The position numbers and the translations under genes are program-made. A DNA stretch of 64,000 bases from Podarcis filfolensis (taxonomy: Eukaryota). Positions within the stretch are counted from its first letter, which is position 1, and each line of letters opens with the position of its first letter. Positions 1 through 11,005 of the stretch are shown here, one piece after another. The stretch lies in the NCBI GenBank assembly GCA_964270895.1, contig OZ185453.1; one strand, written 5' to 3'. The notes under the pieces are model-generated. The model saw only the letters and a program-made list of their open reading frames with translations, did no database searches and was not told where the DNA came from.

Positions 1-1308
1 AAAACTAAGTACATCATGATACAATTCAGGAAGCTGTCTGTTCAAGGCAAACATCATTTTTAGAAAAGAGATAGCTGTGTTTTCAGCTGGGCACAGAAGC
101 AGCATACAAAATTCGGCTTGTAGAATTTGTGATAGCAAGGTCAGGAAGGTCAGAGGCCTTGACAGACAAATTTGTTACAAGTAGAGTTGCACCACAAAAA
201 TTATTCCTTTCCTTTCCTCCCAGCCTGCTCTTATTTTAATACTGAGCACGGAAAAGCCCAGTTGCTGAATCCATGCAGCCACCCCTGAAACTGTATGTAA
301 AAAGTTTAGAACCTTCTAAAGCAGGGATAGGAACTGCCAATTTCTGTATTCCAGGGGACCATAAGATTCCCCAGGCACAATATGGGAGCCTGAAATGTAT
401 TCTGCTGCCCAAGTTCACCTCCATATCTATTGTTATGCTTCAGTATAAATGCAGTGCCATCTAACAGTTAGGGCTAGAGCACTATGGGGCAGATGTGCTC
501 AGGCAGATCCTGAATATGACATATAAAATCCCAAGAAAAAAATGTGATATTAAATGGCACACTATCCTCATTCCTTGCAATCTGTATGCCGTGTTTCTCT
601 TTTCCTTTGAAGTGAAATTGTGGACAGACGTATTATTACATGTTGTCTAAAAGCTGGTAAAGAGATTATGGGCCAGATAAAATGATTTTGACAGCCAGAT
701 TTGGCCATGGACCATCAGTTGCTATCTTGCTATTTTTCTAAATGCTATGAATGATGACATCGCATTTTGTGCAGCATAAACATCAGCTTGCTTGACATCT
801 GGTGGAAAGTTTTTGCAGGCACCGGCAGAGGAATCTGAAGCCCAGCCGGGCAGCAGTGGAATGGAATCGAGCAGCAGAGCCTCTTGCTGCATCTATAGAC
901 ACATTGATCATGCTTGCCGGGGCAGAAGGCAGGGATCGGGCCAAAATCTGCTCCAGGGCATGCCAGCGCAGAGCTCCCACAGTGACTGGACCCAAATCAC
1001 CCCTGATAACATCAGAAGATGCTTTGAACAACAACAAGCAACACGTCGGCTAATAATATACTGGCAATATTTTTATAACACTACACTGATTGAAAATTCA
1101 TGAACAGAAGACATATAATATATGCATGGAGACACAAACTAATAAGAATCAAATAAATGTTCCATGAACAGGAATGGTAGGAGTGGTAAGTCACTGTCAA
1201 GGATCACTGAAATGGAGGCAGAATGCCTTTCCACAGTCAATATCCTCTCCAAAATATAGTCAGAAGTGAGTTGCATGGCGGTGGTGCTATAGGCACACCA
1301 CTACAAAT

Positions 1309-1552
1309 AAGAAGAAGAGTTTGGATTTGATATCCCGCCTTTCACTCCCCTTCAGGAGTCTCAAAGCGGCTAACAATCTCCTTTCCCTTCCTCCCCCACA
1401 ACAAACACTCTGTGAGGTGAGTGGGGCTGAGAGACTTCAAAGAAGTGTGACTGGCCCAAGGTCATCCAGCAGCTGCATGTGGAGGAGCGGGGACGCGAAC
1501 CCGGTTCCCCAGATTACGTGACTACCGCTCTTAACCACTACACCACACTGGC
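1309..1552 (-). mobile_element. Squam3-type (Ther1/MIR-derived) tRNA-headed SINE
   Basis: The reverse complement starts gccagtgtggtgtagtggttaagagc (A-box) with a gggttcgcgtcccc B-box-like motif. The body contains gaccttgggccagtcac, the 3' end is L2-like (gcgggatatcaaatccaaactc) and the tail is (CTT)n. A second copy lies at 6845-7098. Confidence 0.8.
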
Positions 1553-1905
1553 TCCACATGTGAGATGATGGGCACTCCAAACGTTGCAATAGGGTGCTCT
1601 GAGCACAGCAGCAAACAGTACAGTTCTTCCAGGATAATGAACTGTTTCAATGATAAATCTTCATCAGCAAATTAATAGTCCCCAAAGGTACATCAAATAG
1701 CCATGGATCAGCTATGACTGAAAAGTGTCGTGTTCTGTTTTGCAACATCAAGAGATGGTCTGGTGATAATGGAATAAATGATGCAGAGAGGGAGATGCAG
1801 CCCAAGATAGGAAAAGAGGTGGTAAGGGAACAGCTAGCTACATTAAATGAATTCAAATCTCCTGAAGAAAGGAGATTCTGACTAAACATTAGGAAGAACT
1901 TTATG

Positions 1906-2231
1906 AAATACCTCAAGGACTGCCTCTTTCTATATGAAACTACCCGGACCCTGAGATCATATTCTGAGACCCTTCTTTGTGTGCCTCCTCCTCCAGAGGT
2001 CTGAAGGGTGGCAACATGAGAACAAGGCCTTCTCTGCAGTGGCTCCCCATCTGTGGAATGCTCTCCCCAGGGAAGTTTGCCTGGCACCTTCATTATACAC
2101 CTTTTGGCGCCATGGAAAAAGGTTCCTTCTTAACTAGGCCTTTAGTTAATCTGATTGACATCCTATGCCCTTTTAAAATGTGGCTCTTTTGGGGGAGGGA
2201 GGGTGTTTTTGGGTTGTTGTTTTTATTTTGA

Positions 2232-2285
<54 letters not shown>

Positions 2286-2360
2286 GTTTTCATGTTGAAC
2301 CACCCCGAGACCTCTGGGTTTAGGGCGGTATATAAATTCAATAAATAATAATAATAATAA
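1906..2360 (+). mobile_element. L2 LINE 3' fragment
   Basis: L2 ORF2 C-terminal-type sequence (aggccttctctgcagtggctccccatctgtggaatgctctccccaggg), 3' end tagggcggtatataaattcaataaa and a (TAA)n tail. It contains a (TA)n run. Confidence 0.7.
2234..2282. repeat. (TA)n microsatellite
   Basis: TA dinucleotide run seen directly. Confidence 0.95.
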
Positions 2361-2789
2361 ATGGTGGTAAGAGCTGTTTGAAAGGGCAATTGACTACCTA
2401 TGAGGGGTTTGGACTCTCCTTCACTGGAGGATTTTTAATAGGCTGGATGGCCATCTGTTAGGGATTCTTTAGCTGTGATTCTTGCATTGCAAGATCACCC
2501 TTGGGGTACCTCCCAGCTCTACAGTTCTATGATCCTTAGACTACAGTGTCCTTCAGGCAGCATTTAGAGAATCTCACTCTCTCCCTAGACCATGGACCTA
2601 GAATAAAGAGCTTAAAAATAATATAGAGATATACTGACAAGCAGAGCATACAGAAAAATAGAGTGGCAGAGTGTCACAAAAGCTTTCTGGGTGCTGATCT
2701 AAATTGAGATGCCTCAGTTTGACACAGGAATCACCCCAACACTTATTTGGTCCCAAAATAGAATGAATACACACACCTAATATTAAGCC

Positions 2790-4469
2790 GCTGTTTTACT
2801 GGAAGAACTTCTTTCATGGGTCCAGGAGAGGAACATACTACCGCTAGAACAGATTGGCTTCCGAAAGTCAGCATCAACCATGGACCACTGTCTAACTCTT
2901 TATCACCTTGCCAGTAAATACACTGCACCAAGGCAAGGCCACTTATTTGCCGCTTTCATGGACCTGGAGGCCGCCTTTGATTCCATTCCTAGGCAGAGAT
3001 TATGGTCCAAACTTGCCCGTCTGGGAATTGATCCACACCTTCTCTCCCTAATTATTTCCCTTTATTCAAACACCACAGCTTGCGTCCGAAGTGGTCCCAA
3101 CGGCTCCCTTACCACCCCATTCCCAACGGCCAAGGGCGTCCGACAAGGTTGTCTCTTGGCCCCTTTACTGTTTAATCTCTATCTTCATGATGCAATTTCC
3201 CCTTTGAAGCTAGCAACTAAGTATCCACCTCACTTAGCAGGTCACCCCGTTGCTTCCCTTTTCTATGCAGATGATGCTGTCATCTTATCCAGAACAGCTG
3301 CAGACCTAGCAAATGCAGTTAATGCATTTATCGCCTATTGTAAGGCGGAAGCTCTTAATATTAATTATAAAAAATCGAAAGTCCTTCACTTCACTCGTTC
3401 TCGCAAACTCAAGCTGGAGCCGCTTAAGATCACAGGTGGCTACTTAGAAAAGGTAAAAGCCTTTAAATATCTAGGCTTAATATTCACTTATAATCTCTCC
3501 TGGACTACCCATCTACAATCTGCCTTTTTCGCCGCAACCACGACCTCCAATGCCATTGTCCGATTTTACCACCAGAAGGGCGGCAAACACCTTCCAGCAG
3601 CAATTCAAATATTTAATGCCAAAGTTGTTCCTAAACTATTATATGGCTGTGAAGTATGGACTACAGCAATATCAGGTAACTTGGATCGCCCACTTCATAT
3701 GTTTCTGAGATCTCTTTCCGGTGTCCCGAGATGCGTCTCAGGTGCAGCCCTACGACTTGAGTTCGCCCAGCCCTCAATTGTAAAACGAGCATGGTGTCGA
3801 GCCATCTCCTATAGCTCCCACCTACTAGCATCGGATGCTCGAATCAGAGGTGGTTTTTCCAATCTGATCCTAAGAGATATTCATAATTCCCCTTGGAAAA
3901 CTACAATCAACCTCAAACTCCGCTCTCTTTTTAATCTGAATTGCAAAACTGTTCTTAAATTAGAGTGTATCAGTCCGGCGGCCCTACCTTCAATTAAAAA
4001 GAAGTTACAGCTACTTGACTTCTCTAACACAGCTGCCGATGCAAGAGGGCCGTGTTCAGGCCTAGCCCTAGCTATTCCTCCCCCTGAAGGAATCCCTCTA
4101 TACTGCTTCACAATTTCTTCGGAGGCTAAGCGAAGGGCCTTTACCTGTGCCCGTCTCAACTGTTTTCCTACAGCAGTTCTGTCGGGTCGTTATTCCAGAG
4201 TCCCCATCGCAAACAGAACATGCAACTGTAATGACTCGGCCCTGGAGACTATGGAACATGTAATGCTCTTCTGTCCCAACTGGACAGATGAAAGATCTCG
4301 GTTTTTAACTCCTCTCATGAACAAGCTTCACCTCCCAATCCAGCCCTGGATAGTGTCCCTCTTTTTGCAAGATTCTGATTGTTGGATCACCGAGATGACA
4401 GCTAACTTCCTGCTCAGTGTGATGAAGAGGAAAGCTGCACTAACTTCGTTTTCAACACCACAGCTGTAG
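2790..4469 (+). CDS. Non-LTR retrotransposon reverse transcriptase plus C-terminal CCHC-type region (5'-truncated ORF; ORF track starts at internal Met 2880)
   Basis: RT motifs EQIGFR (upstream of the Met), FMDLEAAFDSI, GVRQGCLLAPLLFNLY, FYADD (YADD at 3264-3275) and FKYLG. The C-terminus contains RTCNCNDSALETMEHVMLFCP. No stops or frameshifts. Confidence 0.9.
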   Translation, partial: AVLLEELLSWVQERNILPLEQIGFRKSASTMDHCLTLYHLASKYTAPRQGHLFAAFMDLEAAFDSIPRQRLWSKLARLGIDPHLLSLIISLYSNTTACVRSGPNGSLTTPFPTAKGVRQGCLLAPLLFNLYLHDAISPLKLATKYPPHLAGHPVASLFYADDAVILSRTAADLANAVNAFIAYCKAEALNINYKKSKVLHFTRSRKLKLEPLKITGGYLEKVKAFKYLGLIFTYNLSWTTHLQSAFFAATTTSNAIVRFYHQKGGKHLPAAIQIFNAKVVPKLLYGCEVWTTAISGNLDRPLHMFLRSLSGVPRCVSGAALRLEFAQPSIVKRAWCRAISYSSHLLASDARIRGGFSNLILRDIHNSPWKTTINLKLRSLFNLNCKTVLKLECISPAALPSIKKKLQLLDFSNTAADARGPCSGLALAIPPPEGIPLYCFTISSEAKRRAFTCARLNCFPTAVLSGRYSRVPIANRTCNCNDSALETMEHVMLFCPNWTDERSRFLTPLMNKLHLPIQPWIVSLFLQDSDCWITEMTANFLLSVMKRKAALTSFSTPQL

Positions 4470-4791
4470 TCGATACTCTGCACAATCGGATGAAGTTCCA
4501 AGTAGCTTTATAGTACAAGGACAATGGAGCTAGGACAAATCTGAGGAGCTGAAGGACCCCTTTAATGATCCTCCTCCAGCCTCAGCAGTTTTTTGTCCTT
4601 TTATTCTTGAACTATCGGTCATTCGATGTTTTAAATCCCCTGTTGTTTCTGTTATCTCCTCCCCCCCGCTTTAAGTATTTGCCCAGGACGATATCTACCT
4701 TTACCTCCCCACCCCCATTTTATGTTATGCTGTTATTTCTATGTATATCATGCTATGGCCACACGGCTAATGCAATAAAATCTATATATAT
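2790..4791 (+). mobile_element. 5'-truncated young RTE/RTEX-like non-LTR retrotransposon with 12-bp TSD
   Basis: TSD taatattaagcc at 2778-2789 and 4792-4803. The frame is open from the first base (2790) to the stop at 4469, followed by a 3' UTR with AATAAA at 4774-4779 and a short (TA)n tail. Confidence 0.9.
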
Positions 4792-4819
4792 TAATATTAA
4801 GCCTCTTCCATTTCTGGTA

Positions 4820-5047
4820 CAGTCATACCTTGGGTTACAGGCGCTTCAGGTTGCGTTTTTTCGGGTTATGGAACCCAAAACCCAGAAGTACTGGAACTGG
4901 TTACTTCTGGGTTTTGGCAGTTGCACATGCGCAGAAGCGCCGAATCGCAACCCGTGTGTGCGCAGACACGCAGCTGTGGGCTGCGAACACTGCGGGTTGT
5001 GAACATGCATCCTGCACGGATCATGCTCGCAACCCAAGTGTCCACTG
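4820..5047. mobile_element. Tc1/mariner (Tigger/pogo-like) MITE
   Basis: TA flanks at 4818-4819 and 5048-5049; termini cagtcataccttgggtt / aacccaagtgtccactg. Same family as 28875-29134. Confidence 0.7.
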
Positions 5048-6844
5048 TATAAATCCATCACAGAAAAAGCTGCTGACAGAAATTCTGCTAGCAATTGTAT
5101 AACTTAAAGTGGTCCATTTATTGGACTGTAATGCTTAAAAAAAAAAAAAAAAAGCAGCACATCTCAACAATACAGCCAGGCCCTCGAACAAGCATTGTTT
5201 TGTCAAGTAGCACTGCATGTGTATTTCATTTCATTCAAGGGTAGATTGCACTTTCTTGACAGAGAAGAAACCCACTCAAACATATGCTTCATGACACACA
5301 GTGTACTGTAGTGTGATGGAATCGAGGAATCGTAGCAGCTCAGGAGGAAATTTCTGTGCTATTAAATATCTTATTGTAATGCAAAATGCCCTCCTTGCAC
5401 GCTGCTGCTTTCCTTGTCTGTTTGTTCCATCCCTTCCCCTTTTCAATTGGGACAAGCAAGGACAATGGGTTGACCACCTGAGAGATAGACATCTGGATAT
5501 TTTTCACAGGAGAAAATGCCTTCAGGAGATGAACAATAAAGCTCACCACTGAGCTGTAACATCTAATTATCACAGGTGGCACAAAACGTATGGAATTGGT
5601 CAGCCTTAGTATAATGCACCGTCTCCGTTAAGGTGTCCACTTGTCATTTATTTAGAAGCTGATTGATGCCTCCATTCAGCTGTCACCTGAAAGGAATATT
5701 TCTCTGGATGAAAGGGATTAGTCTTGAGTTTTTTGAAAATGCAACATTCAGAGAGGCAAGGACAGGATTGTGCTTCTGTCACAGGATACAGAACTCACAT
5801 GGAGCCTGGTTTACACAGATAAAAGCTCCCAGATTTTGGTTCAAATAGGTCTTACTTTTCCTACTGAAACATTTTAAGAAGCCCAATCTCATCCATATAT
5901 CAATTTGCAGGTTCTCTCAGCTGTCTAGAAACTTTCTCCTTCCACTTATCTTCCCACTGCAAGTTCACCATCTGTAACAGGCATATAAAAAACTGGAAGT
6001 CACATGATGATGAGTCAATGTCCTCTAGTTGTTGACTTGGCTGCCATGTACTCCTGGAATGTCCACAAACATTCCAACAACTGATGGTGAAAAGTTAATC
6101 ACACAGTGGTGTCAAATTTTACAGCTGCTACAAAGGAAACAAAAGATCATGTCGGTAGTGTTGCAGAGGACTGAGCTATCTGTGGGGCTCAGACAAATAA
6201 AGAACTGTGCAGTTTGGAGACAAAAGGGGGCAGAGGCAGTGGGACATCAGTGGCATCTCAGTGGCAGAAGGAACGAGAAGGGGAAGTACCAACACAATGT
6301 ATTTTAATGTTTATTTTAGCATTTGATTTTCATACTTCATTTCATATTTTGAAATATTTAAACCAAGAACCAAATCACAACATTCAGAGAAGTGTATAGG
6401 TGATAGCTGTTCCAATCCATACGTTACTCTTAGACCAATATATGTATGGGCTCACTATTAGAGTCATTATATACAGAAATTTGCAAAGACCGCATTCATT
6501 AAGCATTAAATAGAAATAGCTTCTATCATCTTTTAATTCACGTATTCATATAATCCATGGGTGGGCCAATGAGTTGCTTCACTGTTTTTCTTCGACAGCA
6601 ATTCCCATCAGGTCCAGCCAACATGATTTCTGGTCAGGCAGGATGGCAATGGTAGTCCAACCACATCTGAAGGATGAAATCTTGCCTACCAGTTAGATGA
6701 AAGGTACTCTACACCCTTCTTAAATGGATGAGTCATATTCTGTTTTACATATAATTATGTTATCATAATTATGGAAAATAACATATTTTTCCTTTCAAAA
6801 TATGCCGTGAAATAAAGTCTCCTGTAACAGGTTTCTTTTGGGGG

Positions 6845-7098
6845 GAGGGAGGAGGAGGAGTAGGAGTTTGGATTTGATATCCCGCTTTATCACTGCCCTA
6901 AGGAGTCTCAAAGCAGCTAACATTCTCCTTTCCCTTCCTCACCCACAACAAACACTCTGTGAGGTGAGTGGGGCTGAGAGACTTCAGAGAAGTGTGACTG
7001 GCCCAAGGTCACCCAGCACCTGCATGTGGAGGAGCGGGCAAGCGAACCCGGTTCACCAGATTACGAGTCCACTGCTCCTAAACACTACACCACACTGG
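6845..7098 (-). mobile_element. Squam3-type SINE
   Basis: Closely similar to 1309-1552; the tail is (CTC)n-like. Confidence 0.8.
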
Positions 7099-7690
7099 GG
7101 TCTGTCACCATCCCTTTCGTATCAACCGGGCTATGATACTGCCCTTGTATCCCTGAGGCAAAGGCTTTGGGCATCTCACATGGCGACCTGCGATCCAGAT
7201 CCAATGTAATCTGTGGCCTGATTGCCGCTGGAATCCAATACGGGCACAACTTTGAGTTAGCCTCATATCTTAGGAATTTGTCCGTATCTACCTATCGGCA
7301 TTTATTTATCAAAGCTAGATTAAATGTATTTCCATCGGAAGTTCTAAACGGTAGACTGAGAGGCATCCTTTATCAAAATAGGCTTTGTTTTTGTTCTCAG
7401 GACGTCGATTGCATGAACCATATTGTACTGCATTGTGGGCAGTACGAGCAAGTAAGGGATCAACTGATCAAACCCTTACTAGCAAATTTGCTGGGAAAAT
7501 CTGAAGCCTCCCATATTAAATACCTGCTGGAGGATAGGTCAAATGATATTACACTGTCTGTGGCAAAGTTTCTTTTGGAGGTCGCAAGAAAAGAAAAGAC
7601 CATCATGCTCTAGACATAACAAAATGACTACCTTGGTCTCTTTCGCCTGTTGTTTGGTTGTCTTAACTATATCTTGTTTTGTAACTGTTT
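7099..7690 (+). mobile_element. RTEX-like LINE 3' fragment (second family)
   Basis: ORF 7167-7613 contains FIKARLNVFPSEVLNGR and RLCFCSQDVDCMNHIVLHC, homologous to the C-terminus of the 2790-4469 protein (FTCARLNCFPTAVLSGR...CNC...HVMLFC). A paralog lies at 29959-30482. Confidence 0.75.
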
Positions 7691-7716
7691 TGTGGGTGTG
7701 TGGGTGTATATGTCTA

Positions 7717-7755
<39 letters not shown>
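7717..7755. repeat. (TG)n(AG)n compound microsatellite
   Basis: Seen directly, just downstream of the LINE 3' end. Confidence 0.9.
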
Positions 7756-9078
7756 AAATAATCCTAAAACCAAAGAACCACACAGTAATACAGAGAGAAT
7801 CCTGCAGACAACATGCAGAATTAAAATGGTATTTAAGCAGCATTAGTCTACAACAGGCATTCCTCTTTAAAGGCGGCAGAAGACTTTTCAAGCTTGTCCT
7901 TTTGCTCTTTTGCAATTTTTGTTTTAAATAATTCAAGGATACTATCGCTTCACTACACTTCTAGACATCAGTTCTAAATGGTGAAAGAATGGTTTGCTAC
8001 ATTGGAAGGATTAAATGTCTGAGACCCCAAGTCATTATCAAGAAGACCTTTTAAACATACGAGTTCTGGGGCAGAGATAGTTTTATTTTTTATTTTAACA
8101 AGACTTTTACTCTATTGGAAAATGTAAGTGGGCATATATATATTTAATGAATATAGCAAAAGCTGTCTTGCCTACCAACAAAACAATTGTTTTTTTTCTC
8201 CTATCTCGAATGTGAACAGAGCATAACAGAGAAGGGGGAAAAGAGGGAGCTTTGAGGAATATTCCACGATACGGTAGCATATACTGAGATACTAGAGACT
8301 TGTATCAAGATACTTGCCCTCAGGAGAAGTATGTCTGAATGCAAGAGATACAATCAATCGGTTACAGGAATAATCTATTTACCATGCAATTTGCAGTTAG
8401 ATTACTCAGAAGTTAAGTCCCATTGAGCTCCTAGATATAGGAGAACAGCTATAGGTACCAATCAGTATCCTGGGTGCCAGCATACACTTTGCTTTTCCCA
8501 GTGTTCAGGGTAAAAGTTGGAACAGGTAGAATTAATCAGAGCCTTGGAAAGGCCATAGAGCTGAAAAGGGAGGTGGGAAAGAGCGTCAGTTTTCCAACTT
8601 TCCCCTTCAGTTCTATGCACTTCTCAATGGGGGGAAAGGCAATCACCCTCCCCACCTCATGTCCATGAGGTCAGTGGGGTTTTGTGGACACTGGGGGAAG
8701 ATCTTAAGAGTGCCATATTGGAGAACCCTGCTATACCCAATTACCTAGGAGTAAGCCCTATCAAACTCAATAGAACTTACCAGTGGTGGAACTTGGGGTC
8801 TCAAATTCCAGCGGTGCATGTGCAATGCCAAAATTCGGCACCTCTCATGCTTCATTATAGTTTTAAATCATAGTTGCAGAGCCCCCAATGGAACCTTGAG
8901 GCTCCACACCCACTGTGACCAAACTGGTTGTGCTCCCCTAAATCCAGCTCCAAACTTACTTCTGACTAGGCATGTATAGGGTTCTTCAGTAAGCCTTATA
9001 ATTTTGGATTAGCCCAGATGACTGTAGGCTCTGCACTCCAAAGCTAAGGAGTTTAAAAATTCTAGCTGAGAGCTCTAA

Positions 9079-9458
9079 AAAAGGTAAAAGGTACAGGACC
9101 CCTGGATGGTTAAGTCCTGTCAAAGGCGATTATGAGGTGTGGTGCTCATCTCGCTTCAGGCCGAGGGAGCCGGCATTTGTCCACAGACAGCTTTCCGGGT
9201 CACGTGGCCAGCAGGACTAAACCGCTTTCGATGCAACAGAACACAGTGACTGAAGCCAGAGCACATGGAAACACCATTTACCTTCCCGTCACAGCGGTAC
9301 CTATTTATTTACTTGCACTGGTATGCTTTCAAACTGCTAGGTTGGCAGAAGCTGGGACAGAGCAACGGGAGCTCACCCTGTCACAGGGATTCGAACCACC
9401 GACCTTCTGATCAGCAAGCCCAAGAGGCTGAGTGGTTTAGACCACAGCGCCACCTGTG
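9079..9458 (-). mobile_element. Sauria SINE
   Basis: (ACCTTT)n-type tail read as aaggtaaaaggt; body gcggtacctatttatttacttgcac; tRNA-like head gggattcgaaccaccgaccttctgatc...gaccacagcgccacc. Confidence 0.9.
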
Positions 9459-10604
9459 TTATAGAACTCTATAACACAGCCATATAGCATTTCTTTGATA
9501 GTCGCTCCCAGTAGTCTGAGAATGACAGTAGCAAAGACTTGCCCTGTGTTTCTTATAGGTTCTTAAAGAGAGAGACACTGGGAATGGGGAAACTCAAGTC
9601 TCAATCCAAAATGCAGCCATCCAGACCTCTCTATTTGGTCCTCAGAATTCTCCTCAGACCATACCCTTCACTGGCCTTACCTTGTACCCTCCTTGAGTGT
9701 GTGGTTTTCCTGGAGACAATGTGTTCTTGAATTCTGGTCATGCTTCCTGCTTGCCTGGACAGAGGATATAGAAGGTTATGTGAATAAAATAACATTTGTT
9801 GCTTCACCTACATTTGCTTCTGTCCGCATCCACCACTGGCATGCAACCCTTGATAGGTCTCTATAAGGAAATACAACCCTCAGATCACCACAGTTCCTCC
9901 TACCACACATCACCACCTCTCTTTTAGTTCTGAAATTCTAATTTGTGGTCCTACCCAGCATGTGGGAGTGAGCAAAGGACTTGGGTAGCTTGCAAACTTT
10001 TCCCACACCATTGCAAATTAGCTCTCCGAATACTTCGTAATATCTTTCGGAGAAGGAAAAAGAAAACTGGGCAGTTTGCCCACCTGCCAGACCCATTGAA
10101 GTGAATCAAAATATCAGCTAAGTAGGTTTGGACTTGTATATAAATTAAAGCCAAAAGACCTGCATTGAACAAAGAATGTATTGCTATATCACTACAAGTC
10201 CACATGGTTTATGGTGACATACTCTGGGGGAGAGAGAGAGCAATTTTTCTTGTGCATTTCATTTTCAGGAGAGTGAAGAATTTCAAGGTCAAAAGCTCAC
10301 GTTGAGATGGGCTTCTCAGCCATCTGGTGGACTGTAGGATCAGGATGACATATCACAGTGTGCTTAGACGAGCAAGCAAGTCAGAGAAAGCCCCGGTCTC
10401 AAACAACAGGCACTGAACAACAATAGATAATGGACCAGCAACAGGGAACAGAACACGTATTGTGTCAGTTTACCTTGAAGAGTAATATTGGATATGGTTT
10501 GTGCAATGCAGACAATTCCAGAAGCAAAGATATCGAAGGTGGAGTTGTTGTATGAAATTCCAAAACAAGTTAGGCTTACTTCAGTGAATTAGAACCTTCT
10601 AGAT

Positions 10605-10742
10605 CAGCCTTTCTCAACCTGTGGGTCCCCAGATGTTGATGAACTACAACTCCCATCACCGCTAGCTAGCAAGGCCAGAGCTCAGGGATGATGGGAGTTG
10701 TAGTCCAACAACATCTGGGGACTCACAGGTTGAGAACCACTG
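10605..10742. mobile_element. hAT (Charlie/Buster-type) MITE, 138 bp
   Basis: TIRs cagcctttctcaacctgtgggtcccc / ggggactcacaggttgagaaccactg; 8-bp TSD ttctagat at 10597-10604 and 10743-10750. Confidence 0.85.
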
Positions 10743-10747
10743 TTCTA

Positions 10748-10795
<48 letters not shown>
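10748..10795. repeat. (GAT)n microsatellite
   Basis: GAT run beginning inside the right TSD of the MITE. Confidence 0.95.
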
Positions 10796-10796
<1 letters not shown>

Positions 10797-10799
10797 ACT

Positions 10800-10870
10800 A
10801 AGATGAGATTCCTGCATTGCAGAGGGTTGGACTAGATGACCCTTGGGTCCCTTCCAGCTCTAAGATTATA
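10800..10870 (+). mobile_element. CR1-type 3' tail fragment (CR1 or CR1-tailed SINE)
   Basis: gagattcctgcattgcagagggttggactagatgacccttgggtcccttccagctctaagatt, shared with the tails at 21560-21625 and 61790-61862. Confidence 0.7.
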
Positions 10871-10884
10871 TTATTGTATGATCA

Positions 10885-11005
10885 TGCTACCCATCTGACT
10901 GGGTTGTCCCAGCCACTCTCGGCAGCTTCCAACAAATTAAAACATGAAACGCAATAAAACATCAAACATTAAAAACTTCCCTGTACAGGGATGCTTTCAG
11001 ATAAT
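10885..11005 (-). mobile_element. L2 LINE 3' fragment
   Basis: Matches the 3' portion of the L2 at 22859-23372 (cccatctgactgggttgtcccagccactctcggcagcttccaaca...ttaaaaacttccct). Confidence 0.65.

Larger units (their letters stand above)
1740..2537 (+). mobile_element. CR1 LINE remnant (internally deleted), interrupted by an L2 insertion
   Basis: About 1808-1862 translates IGKEVVREQLATLNEFKSP (CR1 pre-RT region). This joins the CR1 3' segment gaaaggagattctgactaaacattaggaagaacttt, which resumes at ~2365 (ggtaagagctgtt...cccagctctacagttctatgat). The 3' part matches the CR1 copy at 61497-61862. Confidence 0.65.

Noticed and set aside
1647-2093. 148-aa minus-strand ORF
   Set aside because: It is the antisense read-through of CR1/L2 remnants.
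4565-5102. 145-aa and 90-aa ORFs downstream of the RT
   Set aside because: They run through the LINE 3' UTR and a MITE and have low-complexity composition.
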